Source: the human T2T-CHM13v2.0 reference genome, Homo sapiens. From it: a DNA stretch of 64,000 bases. Under the pieces are notes generated by a model. It did no database searches, was not told the origin of the DNA, and worked only from the letters and a program-made list of their open reading frames with translations. Shown here piece by piece: positions 50,851 to 62,895 of this stretch. Numbering within the stretch: position 1 is the first letter of the stretch; every line of letters begins with the position of its first letter. Made by a program: the position numbers and the translations under genes. Location of the stretch: assembly GCF_009914755.1 (NCBI RefSeq), contig NC_060930.1; one strand, given 5' to 3'.

Positions 50851-51165
50851 GCGCTGGGATGGTGGCTCATACCTGTAATCCTAGTGACTTGGGAAGCTGA
50901 GATAGGAGGATCGCTTGAGGCCAGGAGTTCAAGGCCAGCCTAGGCAACATAGTGATACTCTGTCATTAAAAAAATATTAAAAATTGGCTGGGCATGGTGG
51001 TGAATGCCTGGAGTCCCAGCTACTTAGGAGGCTGAGGTTGGAGGATCACTTGAACCCAGGAGTTTGAAGCTACAGTGAGCTATGATTGTGCCACTGCACT
51101 TCAGCCTGTGTTGACAGAATGTGACACCATCTCAAAGCAAGCAAACAAACAAACAAACAAGAAAA
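50851..51165 (+). mobile_element. AluJ in 3' LTR
   Basis: GGATCGCTTGAGGCCAGGAGTTCAAG, GAGTTTGAAGCTACAGTGAGCTATGATTG, (CAAA)n tail. Confidence 0.93.
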
Positions 51166-51427
51166 ACACCTGACAAATAGAGCTGGGGAAGGTCATGAAG
51201 TGGAGTGGGAGAGTCATAAATGCCTTATAACAAAAACTATCACAAAAGGGTCTGCAAAAACCATAACTTTGCACAAAGGCCATTGCAATCTTACAGAAAA
51301 AATACTTCTGCAAGGACATCTGCCCAGCATCTGCCTGTCCAACCTCAGACTGGCACCATAGCCAAGGTTCATTGTCTCAAAACAAGTAATCCTCTTCATG
51401 TTTTCTTTTAAAGCCCTTGTCTTTCTT

Positions 51428-51736
51428 GGCCAGGGACGGTGGCTCACACCTGTAATCCTAGCACTTTGGGAGGCTGAGGGGGGCAGATCACTTGAGGCCA
51501 GGAGTTCGAGACCAGCCAGGGCAACATGGCAAAACCCTGTGTCACATAAAAATACAAAAATTAGGCCTGGTGGTATGTGCTTGCAGTCCCAGCTATTTGG
51601 GAGGTGGAGGCAGGATAATTGAGAATTGCTTCAACCTGGGAGGCAGAGGTTACAGTAAGCCATGATGGTGCCACTGCACTCCAGCCTGGGCAACAAAGCA
51701 AGACTCTCTCTCAAAAACTAAAACCAAAACCAAAAC
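51428..51736 (+). mobile_element. AluJb/S-like in 3' LTR
   Basis: Full dimer. TSD AAAGCCCTTGTCTTTCTT / AAACGCCTTTGTCTTTCTT. Confidence 0.93.
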
Positions 51737-51873
51737 AAACGCCTTTGTCTTTCTTTACTTCTCTCAGTACACACAAATTTTACTATGGCATGCATACTCC
51801 CATTACAATGCCCTGTTCCTGAATAAATATTATTTTTAAGAGAACGTCTCTCTCTTTGTTATGTAGATTGACA

Positions 51874-52131
51874 ATGTGATGATGGAAACAAAGTTAGAGT
51901 GATGTGTTTTTAAGAGGGAGGAAGGAACCATGGGCCAGTGAATGCAGGTTCCCTCTAGAGGTTGGAAAAGGCAAGGAAACAGTCTTCCCTAGAGTCCGCA
52001 GACAGAATGCCACACACTAACACCTTGGTTTTAAGACTTTTGATCTTCAGAACTGTAAGATAAGAAATTTCCATTGTTTTAAGCCATAAGTTTGTGATAA
52101 TTTGTTACATTAGCAAAAGAAAACGAATACA
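51874..52131 (+). mobile_element. MLT1D-like LTR, 3' half
   Basis: ATGTGATGATGGAAACA...GGAAAAGGCAAGGAAACAG...CAGAACTGTAAGATAA...AATTTGTTACA...GAAAACGAATACA. Confidence 0.87.
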
Positions 52132-52584
52132 TATGACAACATGTATCTCTATTACTCTCTTAATAAATGTTATTTGTCTCCAATTCTATTATAAATAAAG
52201 CTACAATAAAATTTTTCTCTGTGCAGAAGCAAACATTAGATGGCAAAAAGTGTTACAGAGAAAAATGAACCACAGAGAGAGGGTTAGGGATTTAAGCCAT
52301 TAGAGATATGTGTAATTTATTTTGGTAATTCATTAATAACTTGCTTTTCAGAAATAACAACCACAACAATAATAATATCTGAATTTTGGCGTTTGCCAAA
52401 TTCCATGCTGTAAGTACACATACCATCACCAGTTTCTAGCTACCAACATAATACTACTGAACACAGAGCTGGGATGAGATCAGATTCTGCGCATGACTGG
52501 GTATGTATATGTATGTGTGTACATGAGCTTCTAGGCATATATATAGTTACATGTGTTTCTATGGTAAACAGAAGGTTTGTCTGA

Positions 52585-52954
<370 letters not shown>

Positions 52955-53051
52955 AAAAAGCATTCTTAACAGAGGGAATAGTTAGTGCAAACACCTGATG
53001 GGTGTGTGAGTGTGTTGTGTTGCATGTACTTGAGGTCTGTCTGAAATATAT

Positions 53052-53849
53052 TATCTTAGTCTGTTTGGGGTGATATAACAGAAATAACATAGATTGGGGG
53101 CTTATTGTCTAAGTTAATTTTCTCTTGCTATTACAGAATACTTAAAACTGGGTAATCTATAAGAAATGAACTTTATTTTTTTCAATTCTGGAGGCCAGGA
53201 AGTTAAAGGTGAAGGGGCTGCATCTGGTGAGGGCCTTCTTGCCAGTGGGGGCTTTCTGTAAATTCCTGAGATGGTGCATGGTATCACATGGTGAGGAGGC
53301 TGAGCATGCTAATGTGTTAGCTCAGGACCCTCTTCCTCATCTTATAAAGCCACAGTTCCCGTTCCCCTCCCATGATATCCCATTAATCCATTAACCCGTG
53401 GAGGGACTAAATATTCATAAGGACATAACCCTTGAGACCCAATCACCTCCTAAAGGTCTCACCTCTCAATACTGCCACATTGTGGATTAAGTTTCAGCGT
53501 GAGTTTTAAAGGGAACATTCAAACTATAGCACTTATAAACAACAGAAATTTGTTTTTCACAATTCTGAAGGATGGAAAGTCGGAGATCATGGTGCCAGCA
53601 AAGTCAGGTTCTGGTGAGGGCCCTCTTTCGGGGCCCATAGATGGTGTGCCTTCTAGCTATGTTCCCACCTGGTGGAAAAGGGAATGCAGCTCTCTGGGAC
53701 CTCTTTTATAAGGACATTAATCCCATTTATGGGGACTCTGCACTCATGACATAATCATCTTCCAAAGCCCTTATCTCTTAATATCAGCACATTATGATTA
53801 GATTTCAACATATGAATTTTGGGGGGACAAAAACATCTGGACCATTGAA
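53052..53849 (-). mobile_element. MLT1A0-like LTR interrupted by an MST-type LTR (53106-53531)
   Basis: The MLT1A motif GGCTTAT|AAACAACAGAAATT is split by a TG...CA element flanked by the 5-bp TSD CTTAT (53101-53105 and 53532-53536). Confidence 0.85.
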
Positions 53850-53959
53850 GATATTAAGGAGACTAACACGGTGGAGAGTGAGTTGCTCCATTGTAGAAGG
53901 TAAGTAAGTTAATTATGTATTTGTAAGTGCATGTGCATTTGTAGGGGGGCAGGTAAGGC

Positions 53960-55860
53960 CTCAGGTCATTATAGGGACTTTGTTTTTTGATTTTAAAGGA
54001 GAGAGGAAACAACTAGTGAGTCCTGAAATGACATAATCTGAATTAAATTTAGCTCTTCTGTTGAGAAAGAATAGAAACAGATTGAGACACTCTCAGGAGG
54101 ATGTTGCAATAAGCCATGTGAATGATCGTGTCCAGGCCAAGTGTAGTAGCAGTGGAAGTGGTGAGATGTGATCAGATACTGCAAGGAGAACTGACAGGAT
54201 TTGCTGAAAGATTGAATATGGGGTGAGATAAAGAGAGGCGCTAAGGCCGATTCCAAGATTTTGGCTTAAGTAATTGGAAGGTTGGAAGTGCTAGCACATA
54301 AGATAGGTAAGAGACTGGGAGAAACATGTTTGGGGAGCAAGGGCAGATCAAGCCCTAATTTTTGACATGGTGTTAGGATGACTTTTAGAATTCTAATCCA
54401 TCAGAGAAATGGATATACATGCCTGAAGTTTAGGGGAGAATCAGCTGGAGATGTAAATTTGGTATTTAAAACCTTTATACTGGAGAAGATCACATGGGGT
54501 ATGAATGTAGATAGAGGAGAAATCTCAGGATGTGGTTGTGGGGTACTCTAAAATTTAGAGATCAAAAAGAAAAGGAAGAACCAGAAAAGGAGACTGAGGT
54601 GCTATCAAGTACAAAGAAAAACAAAAGAGAATCATATCCAATTAAATATGTTGTTTTATGGAAGGAAAAATCATGAAACTCAACAAATACTTCTGGTTTG
54701 ATGAATAAACTGAAGCCTGAAAATTGGCCATAGGATTTGCAACTATGATGCTATTGGTCACGTTGGCCAAAACAATTTTGGTGAAGAGATAGCTAGAAAA
54801 GTCTGATTGTACTGGATTTAACAGAGAATAAGCGAAGAGTATTTGGAGACACTGAATTTAGCCAACGGTTTCTAGTTTTGTTTTGTTCTGTAGAAGGACA
54901 ACAGCAAAAGGTAGGATTAAGAGAGGGTTTTCAAAAGCCTGGAGATATTATAAGCTGTGTGGGTGCTGATGGAAAAAAATTGGCAAAGAAGGAAAATTCA
55001 TGAAGCAGAGGAGCAAGGAGAATTGCTACAGAAATGTCCTTAAGAAAGGGGAAAGGGCTTGATCTCGGGCACAAGTGGAGTAGTTGGCATCTCATCCATG
55101 GGAGCAGGTGGAGACTGATGGATAGATGGGGTGGTGAAAGCATACAGAAAGTCTCCATGGATTTTTTTAAATTTTATTTTGTTGTTGAAGCAATGTCATC
55201 ACTGGAGATTGAGAATGGGGTAGGTAAGAAATAGAAGGCATGACATAGCTATGTAAGAGAATGAGTAAATGAATGAATGGCTTTAGGAAATATCAAAGGA
55301 TTGTAGCAGTACTTAGAGCCCACATGAGTGGTCATGAATTTGAATTGAGATCAGACATATACCTGTGAGTGTTGTTTTCTTATGCCAATATTAATACACA
55401 GATACAAGTGTTGAATAGATTGAGATTTTAACTTAAGCAGAGTTGGAATATTGCCAGGTTAGTGTGAGGATAAAAGAGAATGGCTATAAAGTTGTGGAGA
55501 AATACAGGGCAGTATTATGATGATCGATGCATAATGGACTACAGGAGGGAAGATAAGGCATAGAGTGGGGTGGCAGAGCTGGGGGGTGTGGTGAGAGGAA
55601 CTGAAAAAGATAGGACAGTAGTCCCAGTAGCATCGAAGAATTGTTGGAGGGAGTAAATTCAAAAGATAGAAGATACGGTTGAAGAGAGACAACTAAATTG
55701 AAAGTGGCAGATCAAACCGAAGGTAAAGGTATTTAGTAATGACACCGCCTAGGGTATGACCACATGCATGAATAACTCAAGGGTGTAGAAGATGACTGGC
55801 AGAGAGGAGGTCTCAGAAATGGGAGGCCAGATAGTAGAAGGATCACTTGTGTGCGTGAGA
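53960..55860 (-). mobile_element. L2 LINE fragments
   Basis: Purine-rich antisense L2 motifs (GTAGCAGTGGAAGTGGTGAGATGTG, GACAGGATTTGCTGA..GATTG, GCTGGAGATGTAAATTTGG). Confidence 0.72.
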
Positions 55861-55924
55861 TCACAATAACATAATATTGAAATCTCAATAGAGATAGTAT
55901 TAGAGATAATTATAATTAAAATCA

Positions 55925-56105
55925 CAGCGGATCTCAAAGATTGGTCTGCAGACTAGCAAATGCCAATGTCCCTGACTTGTTAGAATTGCAAATTTTGAGT
56001 ATCTCCTAGATCTAGTGAATGAGAAACTGGGAGCTGGGCCCTGCGAACAGTAGTTTAACAAGTCCCCCAGGTGATTTTGATGCACATTAAGGTTTGATAA
56101 CTATT
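55925..56105. mobile_element. MER5A-like hAT MITE
   Basis: CTTGTTAGAATTGCAAATT...TTTAACAAGTCCCCAGGTGATTTTGATGCACATTAAGGTTTGA. Confidence 0.8.
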
Positions 56106-56158
56106 AATACTTCTATAATAGCACAGATAATAGAGAAATTAACAGCTTGAAGAAATAA

Positions 56159-56315
56159 CAAAAAGTTCAGTGAGTTAGCATGAAACTATACCTGAAAGTT
56201 ATTGCAAGGTTAAGTGAGAGGAACCTTAAAATTAAAGGGAGCAGCATTTGTAAAGAAAAGCTAGAATCATGAAAAGACCTAAGATAAGATCAAATGAAAT
56301 TACGTAGAAGTGTAA
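56159..56315 (+). repeat. 157-bp dispersed direct repeat, copy 1
   Basis: Aligns without gaps to 58716-58872 with 6 mismatches (by-eye count). Confidence 0.95.
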
Positions 56316-56850
56316 AATTCTTAACTGTTAGTATCTGAAAATCATGCATTCCTTGCTAGGAAGGCATGGCATTAGTGCTGTCGGAATCCTGATAAAACAT
56401 CACAAACTTCTGTTCGTTGGTATTAGGGACAGTATAGAGTGAGTGCTTGAAGAACTGCCTTGGCTTACCAATCTCTCTCTCCACAACTTCCAATCATCTC
56501 TAGGGAACCTAGCAGAAACACTTCCACAGAGCAAAAGTTATAATACAGAAAGTGATGAAAGGAGGACGCAGGCTCTCAATGACGTCAGGTATTCCCGGGA
56601 CCCGCCCACCGTGGGCGTTTTCCACCTACAGGCAGGCGTCTCCGGGGGCGGGGCTTGCTCAGGGTTAACGTCACTACTGAGCGCCGGGCGCGTTCCGTTG
56701 GCGGCGGATTCGAACGTTCGGACTGAGGTTTTTCTGCCTGAAGAAGCGTCATACGGACCGGATTGTTTTCGCTGGCCCAGTGTCCCCGGAGCTTGTGTGC
56801 GATACAGAGAGCACCTCGGAAGCTGAGGCAGCTGGTACTTGACAGAGAGG

Positions 56851-56976
56851 ATGGCGCTGTCGACCATAGTCTCCCAGAGGAAGCAGATAAAGCGGAAGGC
56901 TCCCCGTGGCTTTCTAAAGCGAGTCTTCAAGCGAAAGAAGCCTCAACTTCGTCTGGAGAAAAGTGGTGACTTATTG
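56851..56976 (+). CDS. CENPW: Centromere protein W, coding exon 1 (aa 1-42)
   Basis: MALSTIVSQRKQIKRKAPRGFLKRVFKRKKPQLRLEKSGDLL recognised as the human CENP-W N-terminus. Strong Kozak AGGATGG, upstream in-frame TGA at 56824, donor TTG|GTGAGA, phase 0. Confidence 0.96.
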
Positions 56977-57021
56977 GTGAGATTCCATCCCTTCTCGGGC
57001 TGGGAATGGGGCACGGGAGAG
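56977..57021 (+). CDS. CENPW: Alternative in-frame extension of CENPW exon 1 (+15 aa VRFHPFSGWEWGTGE)
   Basis: 45 nt, no stop, ending at a strong second donor GAG|GTAAGG. Confidence 0.65.
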
Positions 57022-58715
57022 GTAAGGGCAATAACCTTAAGCCTTTGTTTTTCCGCCCCGAGCCAATTTATAGCTCTTTCAGGCCCCTGTTTAAGGCAGT
57101 TCCAACAATGACAGGGAACGTATGCCCCACCCTGGCATGTCAGTTCATATTCCTGGCGCTCAGTTGTACCGGGCCGCGCCGAAAAGTAAATATCTGGATC
57201 TTTTTAAAGGGAGACTGTTAGTCACATGAGCTTAACGTACAGTTACTGCTTACAGTTTTAAATATTGCTGTTTAGGAACACAATCTGGCACCGTGATTAA
57301 TGTACTTGCAAAGGGTATGAAAGAATCACCCTTTAAAAAATAGATTTTGGAATTCAGTCTGGGTCATTTTTATTTAGCTATTGTAAAAGGCATTGCTCAC
57401 ATGCCTTTTAAGGGCCTCCCTTCTTGCCTCCCTCCCTGTCTCCTCTTTCCTCCCTTGGCTCCCTCCGTCTCTCCTCTATTTACGCATTTAACCAAACATT
57501 GCCTTATTTCCTCTAGGTGAGGGTGCTTACTAAAGGACCCTGATGGGAAAGTTTATTTGTAGGAAGAGTCCTCTCAACTGTTAATTCATTTCGCTAGACA
57601 AGTAATAGAACACCTAGTCAGTTTTTAAGCTAGACTACTAAAGCCTGCTTATCTGACCCATAATACCTGAAGCATAATGTTCTCCTAATAAGAAGCCCCA
57701 ATCAAACCACTGTATAATAATGTTTCTGTCTTGAAATAAATTCAGTTTGTGTGTTGAATACCTGGAACACATATTCCTCTGGCACAATGAACACTATTTC
57801 TCTAGGTTTAAACCACTGGAGGCATGTTCGGTAGCTTGTCCTTGGCTCTTTGAGTAAAGGAGCCATTATAAATGGACACATAATTTCCAGGAGATCAAGG
57901 TACAGAATTGTGGATAATAAGAGCATACTGCATGAATCATCCTAGCTGTTCTTAAACGACATTGGTTTTTCTACCTCCTCTTTACTCTTTTGCTTCCTGG
58001 ACTTCTCCACTGCCACCCCATCTGTTGCTTCCTTTTCTAAACTACTATAGAATTATCGCCCCTTTCCCCTTATTTGGTCTCTGAAGCCAAAACACAACAA
58101 AAACACATTTTCCCCCAGAAAAGTATTACTTCTATCTTCTGCCCTTATTTTTGTTACTTTCTTAAATCTTGTAAGAAGAGGCAATACAGGCTGTCTTGTG
58201 CCCCGACCCCAATTAACTATCCCATGCTGGTGATAGAGGTGGCACAAATGAACGGAATTCAAATGAAATTCACTTGCAAAACATTTTTACGTAGTATATT
58301 ATGGAGCTTTCACTGGGGCTTCTAAATGGAGGGAGAGGAAATGTACCTGATCAAAGATATCCAAGAGACCACTAGCTGGTGCAAATGGCTTAGTGGAAAT
58401 TCCTCAGGTAGTCAGCATCCTCCCACATCTACCCCTTTCTTCCTCCAAAGAACCCATGGACAGAGGGGCTCCATAGTGCGGTGGGATCCAGGTGGCATGG
58501 GAAAGTGGGTGAGTTGAAATTTCAAGCGGTTGCATTGATGGGGTATAGAATGTTCTTTTGGTCAGTAGCTTTTCCCAGGTAGTATGCTCGTCGTGTTTGG
58601 CTTTCATTAAACAGTTCGCCTTCACTGTCTTGAATGTGGCATGGATTACCCTGGTTTCTTTATAGCTTTCTGCTCACCTTTGACACTTCATATCTTACCC
58701 AGTTCAATGAGTTAG

Positions 58716-58872
58716 CAAAAAGTTCAATGAATTAGCATTAAACTACACCTGAAAGTTATTGCAAGGTTAAGTGAGAGGAACCTTAAAATTAAAGGGAGCA
58801 GCATTTGTAAAGAAAAGCTAGAATCATGAAAAGACCTAAGGTAAGATCAAATGAAATTATGTAGAAGTGTAA
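58716..58872 (+). repeat. 157-bp dispersed direct repeat, copy 2 (CENPW intron 1)
   Basis: Matches 56159-56315. Preceded by a 17-nt partial copy AGTTCAATGAGTTAGCA (58701-58717). Confidence 0.95.
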
Positions 58873-59966
58873 TTCACTTGCATCCCACATCATCCACAAA
58901 GTTTTCTATAGTTAAAGCAGTTTGTTTTGATCTGCTCTTTTTTCTGAACTTGGACAGCAGTAAGAGTATACATCATACAGTTGAGCTATTGGGACTCTTA
59001 ACACTGTTGTCTAGGAGTTTTCATATGCTGATGTTTCCTAGTGTGGTATGCAGCTTCTTGAGGAGAATGAATATCTCCTTTTCTGTCTCCCATTATCTTT
59101 AACACAGAATTAATCTACTTTTATGCTGCCTTTTGTACATGGTATTTCTTCTGCTTGAAGATGTCTTCACTCTACTTGGCAACCTACAATTTTTTCAAAA
59201 TCCAGTTCAAATGTTACTTCAGTGACGCTTTCCTTAATGTCCTTAGAAAGGATCAATCTTATCTTCTTCTCCATCATCTATTGTCACACATTTGCCTTTT
59301 TCTTTATGGGTTTGATTCTGCCACTAGTCTGGGAACTTGAATTTGGAAATTTTTGTATTCCTGGTGTTTTGCATAATAGCTTCAACATTCTGAGTCTACA
59401 ATTAATTTTGGAAATGCATGACAACTATGTGGATTGATGTCATTTCTAGCATTTTATTTATAATTTCTTTGTGTTATTTTATTATTCTTCACTGGCTTTT
59501 TGTTATTTTGTTTGTTTTATGCCTTATTTGATTGTTTAGCCCCAGGGATGGTACTAGGGAGAGAGTTAACATCTGTTAAATGTAAAGGAATGCTGTGCAA
59601 ATATCTGGGTGCTTATAGTTCATGTAAAATTCAAAAGTGCTATGACAAAGGGAGGAGAAAGTCAGACTGGCCCAGTCTTTCTGTCAACTGAGACTGTCAA
59701 GAAGTATTTCTTTATAAATTTTCTTTTGATTTCTTTTTCAAGCAAGCAGATTTTTAAAAGTAACTTATTGATGGAATAGCTTACCTTTTTCAAGTTAGAA
59801 TGCCTAGCTAAATACCCTAAAACTAACTTTTGTTCTGACCATTTTAATATAAGCCTTAGCGCATTGGAGTAGTACCACTCAATTAACTGTTTTATGACAT
59901 AAATGTAGGTTGCTTGAAAAAATTTTTGTGAGATTTGAAAAAGTAATACTAATTTGTCTCAGTATC

Positions 59967-60508
59967 TGTATTGGGGTTTGCTAGAGGGACAGAACTAATA
60001 GGATAGATGTATATATGAAGTGGAGTTTATTAAGGAGTATTGACCCACACAGTCACAAGGTGAAGTCCCACAATAGGCCATCTGCAAGCTGAGGAGCAAG
60101 GAAGCCAGTCCCAGTCCCAGTCCCCAAACCTCAAAAGTAGGGAAGCCGACAGTGCAGCCTTCAGTCTGTGGTCGAAGGCCCTAGGGCCACTGGCAAATTA
60201 GTGGTGTAAGTCTAAGAGTCCAAAAGCTGAAGAACTTGGAGTCTGATGTTCAAAGGCAGGAAGCATCCAGCACGGGAGAGAGATGAAGGCTGGAAGACTC
60301 AGCAAGTCAAGTACTTTCACATTCTTCTGCCTGCTTTATTCTAGCCATGCTGGCAGCTGATTAGATGGTGCCCACCCAGATTGAGGGTGGGTCTGCCCAG
60401 TCCACTGACTCCAATATTATTTTCCTTTGGCAGCACCACCTACACACACACCCAGGAACAATACTTTTCATCCTTCAGTCAAGTTGACACTCAGTACTAA
60501 CCATCACA
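59967..60508 (-). mobile_element. ERVL solo LTR (MLT2A-like) in CENPW intron 1
   Basis: TGTATT...AGAGGGACAGAACTAATAGGATAG...AAGTTGACACTCAGTACTAACCATCACA. 5-bp TSD GTATC (59962-59966 and 60509-60513). Confidence 0.92.
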
Positions 60509-62781
60509 GTATCCGTGGCTCATGGCCACGAAGAGGAAAGGGTATTCCATCTAGGTTAATGAATTAAGTCTTAAGACAGTGTGGTTTAATTGGGTCTGAT
60601 TTAAAAAAAAATTTTTTTGCCTTATCTGGGGAGATGTAGTGGGGTCTTCATGCAATAATAATTATTAGCTGCCTACTATGTATTAAGCAATGTGTTAAGG
60701 GACACTGGGGATACAGTGTTGAAAAGACTAGGCATAATTCATATCCTTAGAGTACATTGAGGAAGACAGCTAAGTGAGAAATTACAGCATGATGTAGTCT
60801 ATGCAGTGATAGAAAGTTCAGAATGCTATGGATCAATATAACCTTACATATTGGGGGAAGTTGGGCTTTTCAGAGAAGTCTATAAACAAGTAGGATGCCT
60901 AGAGGCAAGGTTGCATTTGAATTCTCAGAGAAATTCAAAAGGCCTAGTGTAGAACTGGAAGCTTAGAACAGTGAGAGGTGAAACTAGATTCCCAGTCAAG
61001 TGGGATTTAGTGTTAAGGAATTTGGAATTTATCCTGAGGGTATCTGGAAGCTATTTACCTTTAGAAGTAGAAAGAATAGATTAACAAATGAAATTGTGCC
61101 ATATTATGGGGTGTTTTTGCTACCAAAATAAATGGGCTATCATTGAAAGTTTAAAAAATAATTGGCACAGTATAATGTAAATAATTGGAATTGGGATGCT
61201 TTACCTCAGAGTTCTTGTGAGAATCAATGAAGATAGTGCATCAAAAATGTACCAAAAGAATATCCACCTTTCATAGATTGTTCATATTGTTTAAATTCCC
61301 AAACCTCCGTTTTCTCCACATATCACTAGAACATTATTAAACACCTATATAACAATCTATTAAAGATTTCTGCATTATATAAAGCATTAAAACACCACAT
61401 TACTAGTTATTTAACATTTAGTGAACTGTGGGAGAGTGTGCAGTACACAAGATAGTGAATGTTAAGTATTGTGTATAAATTGTTCTTCTTACTGCAAAGA
61501 TCACTTGCCACCATGTAAATAACAAAATAAATCATGGTAAAGACACTATCTAATTGGATCTAAGTTGGTAGTGCCCTCAGGTACCTGGCAGAAGCAAAGG
61601 ATGGGGAAGATATGTGCAATAATATAAATAAGAGTACTACATATGATTCTTGAGTGGAGATTGAGATACGACTTTAGCTCACTTCACATTTTCTTCTGCT
61701 TGGATTACATGTACTTTAACTTTTTTCCAAGGAATGTTCTTGTAGATTAGGGCTTTTGTTGGTTTGGATGGTGATTTTGAGTAAAATACTTAACAAAGTG
61801 TTATTTTATATGACATATCAGAGCTTGTTTATACATATATGTAATCCGATAATGTTGATATATATATTATCTGAAGATGAGTACATATGTTTTGCTTATA
61901 TGTAGAGCTTGTTTCTGTAAAAATGTACAAGAAGGTGTCAGCTATGGTTGACTGGGGGATGAGATGGGGAATATACTTATTTTTGATAGTTTACTACCCT
62001 TTTGTAAACTTTGTTGTTTTATATTCTTATTTTAAAATAATTATAGACTCAAAAGGTGCAAAAATAGTACACGGTTTCCGTGTATCCTTTACCCAGCTTT
62101 CCACAATGCTGATATCTTACATAACTATATTTTTTTAATAGACTTTAAAATTTTTCAGTCTGCTTATATTACCTATTTTAAATAATTTTTTAAAAAGAGG
62201 CTCGAAGATTATTAATAGTAAGTATGGTTATTTTATGATAGTTGTTGGATGACAAATGACCTTTGTACATACACTTTTCAATTTAGCAAACTTAAACAAT
62301 TTCAACTATTAACATGTTTTTTAATAAATATTTCAAATTAAATATATCTGTTTAAAAATCTTTGACCTCAGATTGTAGAATAATAGCCTAAAATGTAGTT
62401 GTTGATATGTTTTGATTTAAAATTTTCTGGAAATTTTAAATTATGTTATAAATTTAAATCCATTTGGAATCAGAAGCAGGAATATTTGTTACTAAGCGAA
62501 TCTTACATACGTTTTGATATGTAATGATGCTTTACAAAATGGCCTTTGGTCTAGCCTTGCATAGCTTGTTTTATACATTGCAATGACGAAGTCTCTTTGC
62601 AGGGAATCTAAGATGGACTTATATTAGACTGAATTCTATGTAATTTTAAATAGAAGAGTTAATTTACTTAATCACAATGGTAAATAGTACAATACATTTT
62701 GAGATAACTAATTTTTAAAAATATTATTTCAATGCATCAGTATTTGAGCTTAAAAATCCACTTGGATTTTCTGTTTTAAAG

Positions 62782-62895
62782 GTCCATCTGAACTGTTTAC
62801 TGTTTGTTCATCGATTAGCAGAAGAGTCCAGGACAAACGCTTGTGCGAGTAAATGTAGAGTCATTAACAAGGAGCATGTACTGGCCGCAGCAAAG
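62782..62895 (+). CDS. CENPW: Centromere protein W, coding exon 2 (aa 43-80)
   Basis: Acceptor TTTTCTGTTTTAAAG|, 114 nt encoding VHLNCLLFVHRLAEESRTNACASKCRVINKEHVLAAAK (histone fold), donor AAG|GTAAAA. In phase with exon 1. Missing from the ORF track. Final exon is outside the window. Confidence 0.96.

Larger units (their letters stand above)
50794..51873 (+). mobile_element. 3' LTR of the LTR37-like provirus, split by two Alus
   Basis: Three segments (50794-50850, ~51166-51427, ~51741-51873) align in order with the 5' LTR. Ends TAGATTGACA. Confidence 0.88.
56460..57200 (+). promoter_or_regulatory. CENPW: CENPW CpG-island promoter
   Basis: Only non-repeat CpG-dense region in the window. CCAAT 56468 and 56490, CRE TGACGTCA 56580-56587, GC box GGGGCGGGGC 56645-56654, TTAACGTCA 56665-56673, CCGTTG 56695-56700, TGGCGG 56699-56704 and TTCGAA 56709-56714. 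Confidence 0.85.

Noticed and set aside
56443-56826. 127-aa + strand ORF across the CENPW promoter
   Set aside because: Non-ATG start, begins upstream of the likely transcription start, no recognisable domain. Long open frames are expected in GC-rich DNA.
56538-56930. 130-aa antisense ORF over CENPW exon 1 and promoter
   Set aside because: Non-ATG start and no homology. Explained by CpG-island composition.
56839-57111. ORF-track 90-aa version of CENPW with TTG start and intron read-through
   Set aside because: The real start is the Kozak ATG at 56851. Sequence after 56976/57021 is intron, and the protein continues at 62782.
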